A DNA stretch of 64,000 nt, taken from NCBI GenBank assembly GCA_963558965.1, contig CAUWIT010000008.1:11423-75422 (forward strand), written 5' to 3'. Each line of letters starts with the position of its first letter. Positions within the stretch are counted from its first letter, which is position 1. This document shows, in pieces, positions 29,710 through 38,579 of this stretch. The position numbers and the translations under genes are program-made. The notes under the pieces are model-generated. The model made no database searches. It was not told the DNA's origin and worked only from the letters and a program-made list of their open reading frames with translations. The DNA comes from an uncultured Clostridia bacterium (GTDB lineage: Bacteria; Bacillota; Clostridia; Peptostreptococcales; Anaerovoracaceae).

Positions 29710-30861
29710 ATGAACTTAAATGAAATAAAAGAAATACGCAAACGTTTTCGCCCAGATGACGACAATGTCCACCGAGTTTACGGATGTTATGTCAACGCCG
29801 CAAAAGAAATAGTAACAAAAATAGACATGTCTCTTGGCCTTATGGAGCAAGACGAAAGAGAACTTTACTACAATCTTTTGAAGAAAACCGTTTCGGGCAC
29901 TATAGATAAAAACCTTATCGACCTTGAATTTACAACAGCGCAGGTGGAACACAGCCCAGAACACAAATTGCTGCAGGACTTGAGAAAATGCCATTTGCAA
30001 GATGAAAATCTTAGAGACAACTTGTATCAAAAAATCATCGACAGTCTAGCATTCGAGGAGCAAAGCTACGTTATACTTTTGGCTGCTGACACTTACGATG
30101 TACCGTTTAAAGGCAGTGATGATGAGCTTTTCGACGACGGCTCAAGCGAAGTTTTCGACTATTTCGTCTGCTGCGTATGTCCTGTTAAAGATGCCAAGTC
30201 AGCCCTACGATACGAGTCTGCTGAAAAGGCTTTTCGCAGTTCATCAACTGGCCATATTCTAAGCGCTCCACAGCTTGGATTTATGTTCCCAACTTTTGAT
30301 GATAGAAGTACAAACCTTTATAATCTTTTGTATTATAGTCGCAGTGCGTCAGATCTTCATTACGAATTTATACAAGGCGTTTTCGACATTGAAAATCTAC
30401 CTATGTCAGCTCCAGCCCAAAAGGAAGCCTTTGGCGATTGTCTATCACTTTCATTGCAAGATGCTTGCAGCCTTGAAATCGTACAGGCAGTACACAGTGA
30501 CATTTGCGAAAAAATCGCCATTCACAAAGAGAGCAAGGAGCCTGAAGCGCCAGAAATCTACATCGACGACGTTAACGATATTTTGTACAAGAATGGCATT
30601 CCTGATGATGTCATAGACACTTTCAATGAAAACTGCAAGGCGTCTTTGGGAGATACTGAAACATTTAATCCTAACAATATTATGGAAGCAAAGAAATTTG
30701 AAATGGTTACTTCTGAGGTGAAAATCACCGCAGATCCCCAGTACGCTTACAGGATTAAGACAGAAGTTATCGACGGTCGCAAGTATATTATGATTCCTGC
30801 TGACACTGATGTAACCGTCAATGGTATTACAATTAATATCGCTGACATACCTGACGATTAA
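29710..30861 (+). CDS. DUF4317-like conserved clostridial protein
   Basis: N-terminal ..GCYVN..K.I and GFMFPTFDDRSTNLY motifs recalled for this family; acidic, 383 aa. Confidence 0.7.
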   Translation: MNLNEIKEIRKRFRPDDDNVHRVYGCYVNAAKEIVTKIDMSLGLMEQDERELYYNLLKKTVSGTIDKNLIDLEFTTAQVEHSPEHKLLQDLRKCHLQDENLRDNLYQKIIDSLAFEEQSYVILLAADTYDVPFKGSDDELFDDGSSEVFDYFVCCVCPVKDAKSALRYESAEKAFRSSSTGHILSAPQLGFMFPTFDDRSTNLYNLLYYSRSASDLHYEFIQGVFDIENLPMSAPAQKEAFGDCLSLSLQDACSLEIVQAVHSDICEKIAIHKESKEPEAPEIYIDDVNDILYKNGIPDDVIDTFNENCKASLGDTETFNPNNIMEAKKFEMVTSEVKITADPQYAYRIKTEVIDGRKYIMIPADTDVTVNGITINIADIPDD

Positions 30862-30967
30862 AATTTATCTTAATTTTCTAAATTTATTGACAACTGTAAA
30901 CATAATTTAGTATAGTAAAAAAAAGAGAAGGATTTAGTTGTTTATCTTTTTATGAGGTGAGGGAATT

Positions 30968-32155
30968 ATGAAAAAGATTATGAAACGTGTTCTTTCATTT
31001 ATGCTAGTTGCAACTCTAGTTGTATCTTATTCTGGTGTTGCATCTGCTAGCGGTATTGAAAAAGCACCAAAATCAATTAAGACTAGCGCTACAGCTGTCG
31101 CTACTAAGGCGGCTATATTAGAAAACAAGGTTAGCATCCCAACTATTACGCCTTCTTCAGGTCCTGCGGATGTTCCTAGTTCTGTAATTACATATAGCAG
31201 ATCTAATGCAGCTAGTTTTGCTAATGATAAAAAAGGTTTTGTACAGAGAGTCTATCTATCCAAAGGCGTACTAGTTATGGCAGCTCGTGCGTACTCAAAT
31301 GATGGTAATGGATCTGTTGCTTTTGGCTTGTACAAGGATGCAAATCTTACTACTTCTGTAGGTAATCCTGGATTTAACTATCCAAAAGACGAAAATACTA
31401 CATCTAGGATGGTTCAAGTGCCTAAGGCTGGCTATTACTATGTAGGTATTACTTCACGTATTAGTGAGTACTCTACTAGCCATACTTACAGTGTAGCTTT
31501 TGCTGCTACATTTGCAAATGGTAGCGATAGAACTATAACAAGTGGTAAGAGTATAGCTGTTGGACAGTACAGTTCTCAGACTAACTACTTTAAGTTTAAG
31601 GCTAAAAGCACTGGATATATCAAGGTATCAAAAGATGGATACAATGCAAAAATTGCTTTAACTAACAGCAAGAAAAAAGCTCTTACAAAATATATTACTG
31701 GCAAATCTGTATATTATGGAGTTAAAAAAGGTACAACTTACTATATTAAAATAAATGCTTATAGTAATCCTGATGGCGGATATGTTCTTAAGGTTACTAA
31801 TTCTGCTATAAAAGAAAAGAGTGGTTCAAAGAAATCTAAAGCTGCTACTATGGCCTACAAGAAGTACAAAAATGGTACTATAATTGCAGGTAGCAGTCAG
31901 TCAGATTACTACAAGTTTAAGGTTCCTAAAAAGAAGAAAGTTAAAATTGTTTTAAAGGGCCGTACAAATGAAAGAATAAATGTTAAGGTTTACAAGGGTA
32001 AGAAGGTTATCGGTTCTTCAAACTTGTACAGCAGCAATAGCGGCTTAACTTTAAAATCAAGTGGCAAACTAACTCCTGGAACTTACTATGTTAAGGTTTC
32101 AAGAGGTACTAAGTACTCTTCAGGTTATTACAAGATGTACTGGAAATACTATTAA
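30968..32155 (+). CDS. Secreted Lys-rich protein with repeated PPC-like beta-sandwich domains
   Basis: Signal peptide MKKIMKRVLSFMLVATL...ASA; repeated DYYKFK / GTYYIKI / GGYVLKV motifs. Confidence 0.65.
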   Translation: MKKIMKRVLSFMLVATLVVSYSGVASASGIEKAPKSIKTSATAVATKAAILENKVSIPTITPSSGPADVPSSVITYSRSNAASFANDKKGFVQRVYLSKGVLVMAARAYSNDGNGSVAFGLYKDANLTTSVGNPGFNYPKDENTTSRMVQVPKAGYYYVGITSRISEYSTSHTYSVAFAATFANGSDRTITSGKSIAVGQYSSQTNYFKFKAKSTGYIKVSKDGYNAKIALTNSKKKALTKYITGKSVYYGVKKGTTYYIKINAYSNPDGGYVLKVTNSAIKEKSGSKKSKAATMAYKKYKNGTIIAGSSQSDYYKFKVPKKKKVKIVLKGRTNERINVKVYKGKKVIGSSNLYSSNSGLTLKSSGKLTPGTYYVKVSRGTKYSSGYYKMYWKYY

Positions 32156-32185
32156 ACAAATAATCCAACTCAAATTATCCTATAA

Positions 32186-32224
32186 AAAAACTAGGTTACA
32201 CTTAATTGTGTGACCTAGTTTTTA
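32186..32224. terminator. Bidirectional terminator
   Basis: AAAAAACTAGGTTACAC-TTAATT-GTGTGACCTAGTTTTT between convergent genes. Confidence 0.75.
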
Positions 32225-32229
32225 GTTAA

Positions 32230-32688
32230 TTAATAATAGATTGTACTATCGCCAAATAATTTTCCGTTTATTTCATATATATGATCAATATGGACAACTG
32301 TCCCATCTTTCATAATTACTTGGTTTTTATAGGTGTCTATTTTTTTGACTTCTCCTACAATATTGAGATATTTGCCTCCTGATTTTCTTTCGTCTGGGAT
32401 AAAGTACTTTATATCTACTTTCACTTTTTGTTTTGCTAGATTTGCTTGGATTAGATTTAATCTGTGATTTATTATTGCTCCAATTTCTTCGGTTATTTGG
32501 TGTTCTTGTTCTGTTAGTCTAGCTGTTTCTGCTATTGCTGCATCGTGTCCTACCATAGCTGCAAATGGAGCGAATTGTGCTGCTCTAGCTTCTCTTGCCA
32601 TTGGAGGATGTTTTTTTGATATTGGTCGTTTCATATTTAGCATATCTTTATACTTATCTGCACATTTTTCTTCGTCGTATTTACTCAT
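32230..32688 (-). CDS. YolD-like protein (Y-family polymerase partner)
   Basis: HPPMAREARAAQFAPFAAMVG, YFIPDERKSGGKY; overlaps the polymerase stop codon. Confidence 0.85.
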   Translation of the reverse strand: MSKYDEEKCADKYKDMLNMKRPISKKHPPMAREARAAQFAPFAAMVGHDAAIAETARLTEQEHQITEEIGAIINHRLNLIQANLAKQKVKVDIKYFIPDERKSGGKYLNIVGEVKKIDTYKNQVIMKDGTVVHIDHIYEINGKLFGDSTIYY

Positions 32689-33777
32689 GCTTTGTGTCCT
32701 CCAATTTGGTTATTTCTGTCTTTGCCGGTTGCTCCCTTTTGCAAGTTTGTTCCCTTTAGTATCATATTTTTTCCAAATTTCTTTTTTATATCTATCAATG
32801 TTTTTTGTATATTTTTTTCGTTTTCTTGATTTTTATCTTCTGCGCTGCTATTCTCAGACAATGGAGACATTTCAGCTAATTCAAACATTGATATTTGTTT
32901 TTCGCCTTTTGAAATTTCTTTATATGCCTCTTCAGTTATCACTTTACACGCTGCAATAGATATTCGGCGCACCAATAAATTTGGATCTACTATTTTTTCA
33001 TACAGCTCCATTACTTTTTTAACTATTGTTGAAGTAGATGAAGTTGGATTGTCGAAGTTTACTGTGCCGTGAGCGTGATATGGCACTTTTCGCCCATAAT
33101 GATCTGTTTTTATCGGCCCTTTGTAATTTGATTTCCTTCCATCTTTTAAATTTGCTATATCATATCCCACAGTCAAAACTACTTGCTCACACAATAAGCC
33201 TTTGTCTACTAAGTCAAGTACAAGGGCATCTGTCATTTCTCTAGTAACTATTTTGACTTTTTCGTATTGGTATGGGCAATGCAAAACTTGACCAGAGCCT
33301 ATGCTTTTGTTATCTGGCTTATATTTTTTTATATCGTCCATGGTGCAAGGCTCATATCCCCATGCGTGATCAATTAAAAGCTCTGCATTTATTCCAAACA
33401 TTTTATATAGCAATTCTTCATTGTAGTACTCATCTGGTTTTCCTATGGAACATCTGGCAATATCCCCCATTGTATATAGTCCTTTTTTCTCCAATTTTTT
33501 TGAGTACCCTTTTCCTACTCTCCAAAAATCAGTTAAAGGTCTATGATCCCATAATTTTTTTCGATATGATATTTCATCTAATTGAGCTATACGAACTCCA
33601 TCTTCATCTGGCTCAATATGTTTTGCTACAACGTCCATAGCTATTTTACTTAAATATAGATTTGTTCCTATGCCAGCTGTTGCAGTGATCCCAGTTGTAT
33701 TTAGCACATCTCTTATTATGGTAATGGCAAGTTCATGTGCTGTCATTTTATATGCCGCTAGATAGTTTGTTACATCC
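32685..33777 (-). CDS. Y-family (ImpB/MucB/UmuC-like) DNA polymerase, exon 2
   Basis: After splicing it continues ...M-DVTNYLAAYKMTAHEL; TAGIGTNLYLSKIAMD and LIDHAWG motifs; joined ORF 34720-34281 + 33777-32685 = 1533 nt, 510 aa. Confidence 0.88.
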
Positions 33778-34280
33778 CTGATTTTTCATTGTCCAATCCT
33801 TTTAAATCTATAAATCCTAACAGATTAGACTTTATGAATTTTGTTGTTCATATAAGTTCGCTACTCCTTATACAGTTCTCTTATGAACTTCTTATGTTTT
33901 CACATAAGCACAGACTATATCTTTTCCCTCATCCTTATCTATTAAGATTAACTGTTAGGGCGAAACCGCTTCCATCACCTATAGCTTGTGATGTACTTCC
34001 CTTACGAGGAATAGTCGTTGAAGTTTCTCCTATTTGGAGCTTACCTGCTGATTGCCGATTAGTAAGTACTTAGGATTTAACCATATACCATCTAATTAAT
34101 TTTTTCTACTTTCGCAACTTTCGCACTTGAGCTTATTTCATCTCTATGCTGTAGTCTAATTAGCTTTACGGGTTTCCAGCAATTCAGTTTCTTTGTTACT
34201 ACATACAGGTTTCCCTATACGCTTACTATTTTTAGCTAATTTTTTTACGACTTAAGTCATAAGTTTCCTTAGCTAGTCTA
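33778..34280 (-). mobile_element. ORF-less mini-IStron: 503-nt group I intron with IS200/IS605-type ends
   Basis: P GAATTGCTGGAAA 34173-34185, Q AATCAGCAGG 34044-34053, R TTCAACGACTA 34012-34022, S AAGATATAGTC 33913-33923; inserted after TTTAT; ends in TCAG; exact removal restores SIDEVFMDVT. Confidence 0.88.
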
Positions 34281-34720
34281 ATAAAAACCTCATCTATAGA
34301 ATAGATATGCATATCTTCTGGGGCAATATATTTTAAATAGATATCGTAAATCCGAGTGCTGTAATCCATATAATATGACATCCTCGGTGTTGCCACTATA
34401 AAATCTATAGCCAAAGACGGATTTGCTTTTAGTTCTAAGTCATTGTCCGATTTACCTAATAATTTATTTCCAGGGGCCTTTGATTGCCTTAAAGCATTGA
34501 CTTCTTTTATTTTTTGTTTTACCTCAAAAAGCCTTGGCCTGCCAGGTATACCGTAAGATTTTAAAGATGGTGATACAGCCAAACAAATTGTTTTATCTGT
34601 TCTGCTGTTATCAGCTACAACTAAATTGGTTGTCAATGGATCTCTGCCTCTCTCTTGACACTCTACAGAAGCATAAAAAGATTTTAAATCAATGGCTATA
34701 TATTTTCGTTCCTTCTCCAT
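34281..34720 (-). CDS. Y-family DNA polymerase, exon 1
   Basis: YIAIDLKSFYASVEC, PRMSYY, catalytic YSIDE just before the intron. Confidence 0.9.
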
Positions 34721-34784
34721 ATCTCACCTCACCTTTTTTCCTTTTCTAGTTAATCCAAGTATATCACATCGCAAGCCTTGTTGC

Positions 34785-34796
34785 AAACATATGTTC
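34785..34796. promoter_or_regulatory. LexA/SOS box overlapping the polymerase promoter
   Basis: AAAC-ATAT-GTTC (one mismatch to Gram-positive GAAC-N4-GTTC), overlapping the -35 of minus-strand TTGCAA-17-TATACT. Confidence 0.7.
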
Positions 34797-34896
34797 TTTT
34801 TTCTGTTTTAAATTAATTTATACTATATATTTGATTAGACTTTTGTGATATACTAAAGTACGATTAAAGATTGAAATGAAGAAAGGAAAATTACCT

Positions 34897-36399
34897 ATGG
34901 AAAAATATATTTTAAAGGATTATTTGCAGCTTTTACAGGATTTAGATCTTGTTTCTGATTTTGATTTAAAAGGACAAGATGATGTTGTAATCCAGTATTT
35001 AACATACAATTCAAAGGCTGCAGTTGATAATACATTTTTTATTTGCAAAGGTGCAACTTTTAAGGAAGATTATTTGCTAGATGCTGTAAATCGAGGTGCA
35101 TGTGCCTACGTTAGCGAAAAACTTTACAACAACACACCTGACATTCCTTATATAATTGTAAAGGATATACGTCTTGCTATGCCAGCTCTAGCTGATAAAT
35201 ACAACAACAGTCCTTGGAAACAGTTGAAACTTACAGGGTTTGGCGGCACTAAGGGCAAGTCTACTTCCGCTTACTACATGAAGTCAGTTGTGGACGATTT
35301 TATGGCAGCCACAGATGGCAAGGAAAGCGCAATTATTTCTTCTGTTAACACTTATGATGGAGTCGTTAACAAGGTATCTCATATAACTACACCTGAAATT
35401 GTCGAGTTAGAGGAACATTTTTCAAACGCAGTAAAAAGCGGCATAACTTTTGCCGAAATGGAAGTGTCTTCTCAGGCTTTGAAATACAACAGAATTGACG
35501 GCATCACTTTGGATGTTGGAGTATTTTTAAATATTTCAGAGGACCATATCAGCCCTGTTGAGCATCCTGATTTCGAAGATTATTTTGCTTCTAAACTTAA
35601 GATTTTCAACCATTGCAAAAATGCTGTAGTAAATCTTGATGCTGATTTTTCTCAAAGAATTGTTGATGCGGCTCAGGTTTGCGAAAAGGTTTATACTATA
35701 AGTACGAAAAATCCAGAAGCAGATATCTACGCTTACGATATTTCAAAAAATGGAAACGAAACTGTATTTATGGTAAAAGGCCCAGATTTTGATGAACAGT
35801 TTGCTTTGACTATGCCTGGATTATTTAATATTGAAAATGCCCTTGCAGTTATAGGTGCATCTTTGTTCCACCAAATACCGTTGGAATTTATTAAAAGTGG
35901 TCTTTACAAGGCTCGCACTAGTGGCAGAATGGAATTATATGCTAGTCACGACAAAAATATCATTGCAGTAGTTGATTATGCTCACAACAAGTTGAGTTTT
36001 GAAAAACTGTATGCTTCAACAAAGGAAGAATACCCTGATTACAATATTGTTGCAATTTTCGGATGCCCTGGTGGCAAGGCTTTTAACAGACGTGAAGATT
36101 TAGGTTTGATAGCTGGTAAAAATTCTAAGTTTGTTTATATTGTAGCTGACGATCCTGGCAGCGAACCTTTTGAAAATATTTCTAATGATATTGCAAAATT
36201 CGTTGAATCTACTGGATGTCCTTATAAAATTATAGAGGATCGCGGCGAGGCTATAAAGGATGCTATAGATACTGCAACTGGCAAAACTATACTTTTAATT
36301 ACTGGCAAAGGCAATGAAACTTGCCAAAAATACGGTGCCGAATATTTAGATTGTATTTCAGATGTTGAATACGTTAAGAAATTTTTGGATTTAGACTAG
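34897..36399 (+). CDS. murE: Mur ligase, MurE-like
   Basis: GTKGKST P-loop, TTPE, EVSSQA, NISEDH, DYAHN; DDPG in place of DNPR; start 34897. Confidence 0.75.
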   Translation: MEKYILKDYLQLLQDLDLVSDFDLKGQDDVVIQYLTYNSKAAVDNTFFICKGATFKEDYLLDAVNRGACAYVSEKLYNNTPDIPYIIVKDIRLAMPALADKYNNSPWKQLKLTGFGGTKGKSTSAYYMKSVVDDFMAATDGKESAIISSVNTYDGVVNKVSHITTPEIVELEEHFSNAVKSGITFAEMEVSSQALKYNRIDGITLDVGVFLNISEDHISPVEHPDFEDYFASKLKIFNHCKNAVVNLDADFSQRIVDAAQVCEKVYTISTKNPEADIYAYDISKNGNETVFMVKGPDFDEQFALTMPGLFNIENALAVIGASLFHQIPLEFIKSGLYKARTSGRMELYASHDKNIIAVVDYAHNKLSFEKLYASTKEEYPDYNIVAIFGCPGGKAFNRREDLGLIAGKNSKFVYIVADDPGSEPFENISNDIAKFVESTGCPYKIIEDRGEAIKDAIDTATGKTILLITGKGNETCQKYGAEYLDCISDVEYVKKFLDLD

Positions 36400-36454
36400 A
36401 AGGGGATTATATCTCTTGACTTACATATATGTAATATAGTAGCATTTAGTTAGG

Positions 36455-36847
36455 ATGATGCAAAGGAGGGTGATTAAAATTAAGATTTTAGAATCATCAG
36501 AAAACTATCTTGAAGCTATCTTGATGATACAGAGAGAAAAAGGGGAAGTTCGTTCTATCGATATCGCCAATAAACTTAATTTTTCTAAAGCTAGCGTTAG
36601 TGTGGCTATGAAAAATCTTAGAAACAACGGATTTATTTCTACAGATGAAAAAGGTTTTATATCTTTGGAACCAAAGGGCAAAGAGATAGCTGAAAAAATT
36701 TTAGAGAAACACGAAGTTATTTCAGGTTTGTTGATTACTCTAGGTGTTGACCCTGAAATCGCTTCTGAAGATGCTTGCCGCATGGAGCATGCTATGAGTG
36801 ATGAGAGTTTTGAAGCTATTAAAAAATTTCATAATATAAACAAATAA
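36455..36847 (+). CDS. DtxR/MntR-family metal-dependent regulator
   Basis: ENYLEAI, RSIDIA...SKASVS, EDACRMEHAMS; exact start uncertain. Confidence 0.9.
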   Translation: MMQRRVIKIKILESSENYLEAILMIQREKGEVRSIDIANKLNFSKASVSVAMKNLRNNGFISTDEKGFISLEPKGKEIAEKILEKHEVISGLLITLGVDPEIASEDACRMEHAMSDESFEAIKKFHNINK

Positions 36848-36926
36848 CTAATACAAAATTAAAAGAGATTCTAGTCTAGGCACAAGGCGTGCTTTATACT
36901 ATGAATCTCTTTTTTCTTAATAATTT

Positions 36927-38579
36927 TTATGAGTATCTTCCGTTTTCTACTTTATATACTTTATCTGCTATAGCCATTGTTGAGGCCCTATGGGATACTA
37001 AAATTACAGTCTTATCTTCTGCAGCATTTTCAAGAGAATTCATCAAGTAACTTTCATTTAGTGAGTCTAGATTACTTGTAGGTTCATCTAAAATAATCAT
37101 AGGACTCTCATGTAAAAATGCTCTGGCAACTCCAATTCTCTGCTTTTCACCACCAGACAGACTATCTCCAAGTTCTCCTATATTAGTATCATAACCCTTA
37201 GGCAGTTTTTCAATAAAATCAGCAATATTAGCTTTTTTAGCTGCTGCTTTTACTTCTTCTAAAGTAGCATCAGGTTTTGCAATTTTAATATTGTTGCCTA
37301 TAGTGTCGTTAAATAGCCATGTTTCCTGAGTTACATAGCTTTGGGCATCTCTTAAATCATCAGTATTTATATGATTTACATCTGTACCACCTATTGAGAT
37401 TTCTCCTTTATCCGTTTCCCAAAATCTCATAATAAGCTTTAACAATGTAGATTTACCAGATTCACTTTTCCCTAAAATACCTGTGATTTTTCCTTTTTCC
37501 ATCTTCATATTTATGTCATTTAAAATCACTTCTTTTTCGTATCCAAATGTAACATCACTAACTTTTACATCGGTTGAAGTCACTGATTTTTCACCAGTTA
37601 CATCGTATACTGTAGGTTCTTCCTCAAGTATATCTAGTACACGTTCTCCACTAGCAAGAGTCTGTGAAAGATTATTTGATAAGTTAGACAAAGCTACTAA
37701 TGGCCCAAATGAACTTGTCATAATAATAGTGCAAATCAACACGCCATTAAAATCTATAACTAATCCATTGTATAACCAAATTGATACCATAAGCATCAAT
37801 ACAGTAAACAGCAAAATAGCTCCGCCTGTAATACCCTTTTGTATACCTTCAAGTTTTCTTAGCTGAGCAGCTGCATTATTTAACTGATTTTCTGCCTCTT
37901 CAACTTTTTTGTATCTTTCACTGCCATATCCATACTGTATAATTTCATCGATACCTCTTAGGTTATCGTAAACTATAGAATTAAGCTCAGCAAAATCATT
38001 TCTGTATTTCATGCCGTACTGGCCACCTTTTTTCCCCATAACTAAAGGGATAACAAGACCTACTGTTACATATCCTAACAATGCAACAAGCATCAATCCC
38101 AAATTAAAAGATCCAATAATACACAGCACTATAATCGAAGTAATTACTGCAATTGCAATAGGGGAAATAGTGTGAGCATAAAAAACTTCAAGTAGCTCAA
38201 TATCCGAAGTAAGCACTGCAATTAGCTCGCCTTTTTTACGACCTTCCATTTTAGCAGGTGCCAATCTTCTAAGAGCGTTGAAAACCTTTGATCTAATAAG
38301 TGCCAACAATTTAAATGCGATATAGTGGTTACACGCTTGCTCTCCATAGTGAAGTATACCTCTTAAAACTGCTGCTACTACGATTAAAACAATTATGCTT
38401 TTAACACCGATTGTTGTATATCCCAAAATATCGGCAATAGCAAAACCAGTCCCAACAGTTACTGCCATGGCGCATAAAAATCCTACTACACCAAGTAAAA
38501 CCGCTGTACACATTACATGAAGCAATGGTTTTACCAGCCCTATCAATTGTCTCATAATTTTAAATCCACTACGCCTCAT
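36927..38579 (-). CDS. ABC exporter permease/ATPase (CydC-like half of a heterodimer)
   Basis: TMD plus NBD (SGKST, LSGGEKQR, LDEPT); start 38579 coupled to the upstream stop. Confidence 0.88.
   Translation of the reverse strand: MRRSGFKIMRQLIGLVKPLLHVMCTAVLLGVVGFLCAMAVTVGTGFAIADILGYTTIGVKSIIVLIVVAAVLRGILHYGEQACNHYIAFKLLALIRSKVFNALRRLAPAKMEGRKKGELIAVLTSDIELLEVFYAHTISPIAIAVITSIIVLCIIGSFNLGLMLVALLGYVTVGLVIPLVMGKKGGQYGMKYRNDFAELNSIVYDNLRGIDEIIQYGYGSERYKKVEEAENQLNNAAAQLRKLEGIQKGITGGAILLFTVLMLMVSIWLYNGLVIDFNGVLICTIIMTSSFGPLVALSNLSNNLSQTLASGERVLDILEEEPTVYDVTGEKSVTSTDVKVSDVTFGYEKEVILNDINMKMEKGKITGILGKSESGKSTLLKLIMRFWETDKGEISIGGTDVNHINTDDLRDAQSYVTQETWLFNDTIGNNIKIAKPDATLEEVKAAAKKANIADFIEKLPKGYDTNIGELGDSLSGGEKQRIGVARAFLHESPMIILDEPTSNLDSLNESYLMNSLENAAEDKTVILVSHRASTMAIADKVYKVENGRYS

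Noticed and set aside
33778-34280. Group II intron or plain frameshift pseudogene explanation for the split polymerase
   Set aside because: No GUGYG 5' end or domain V; group I P/Q/R/S elements are present and precise excision restores the frame
36465-36481. Non-canonical ATT start for the DtxR regulator (GGAGG followed 9 nt later by ATT AAG ATT TTA GAA)
   Set aside because: Plausible, but in-frame ATG/GTG alternatives exist at 36455-36470; cannot be decided without Ribo-seq
37455-37480. Walker A variant GKSESGKST in the CydC-like ABC subunit as an inactivating change
   Set aside because: It still fits GxxxxGKS/T, and the signature and Walker B motifs are intact
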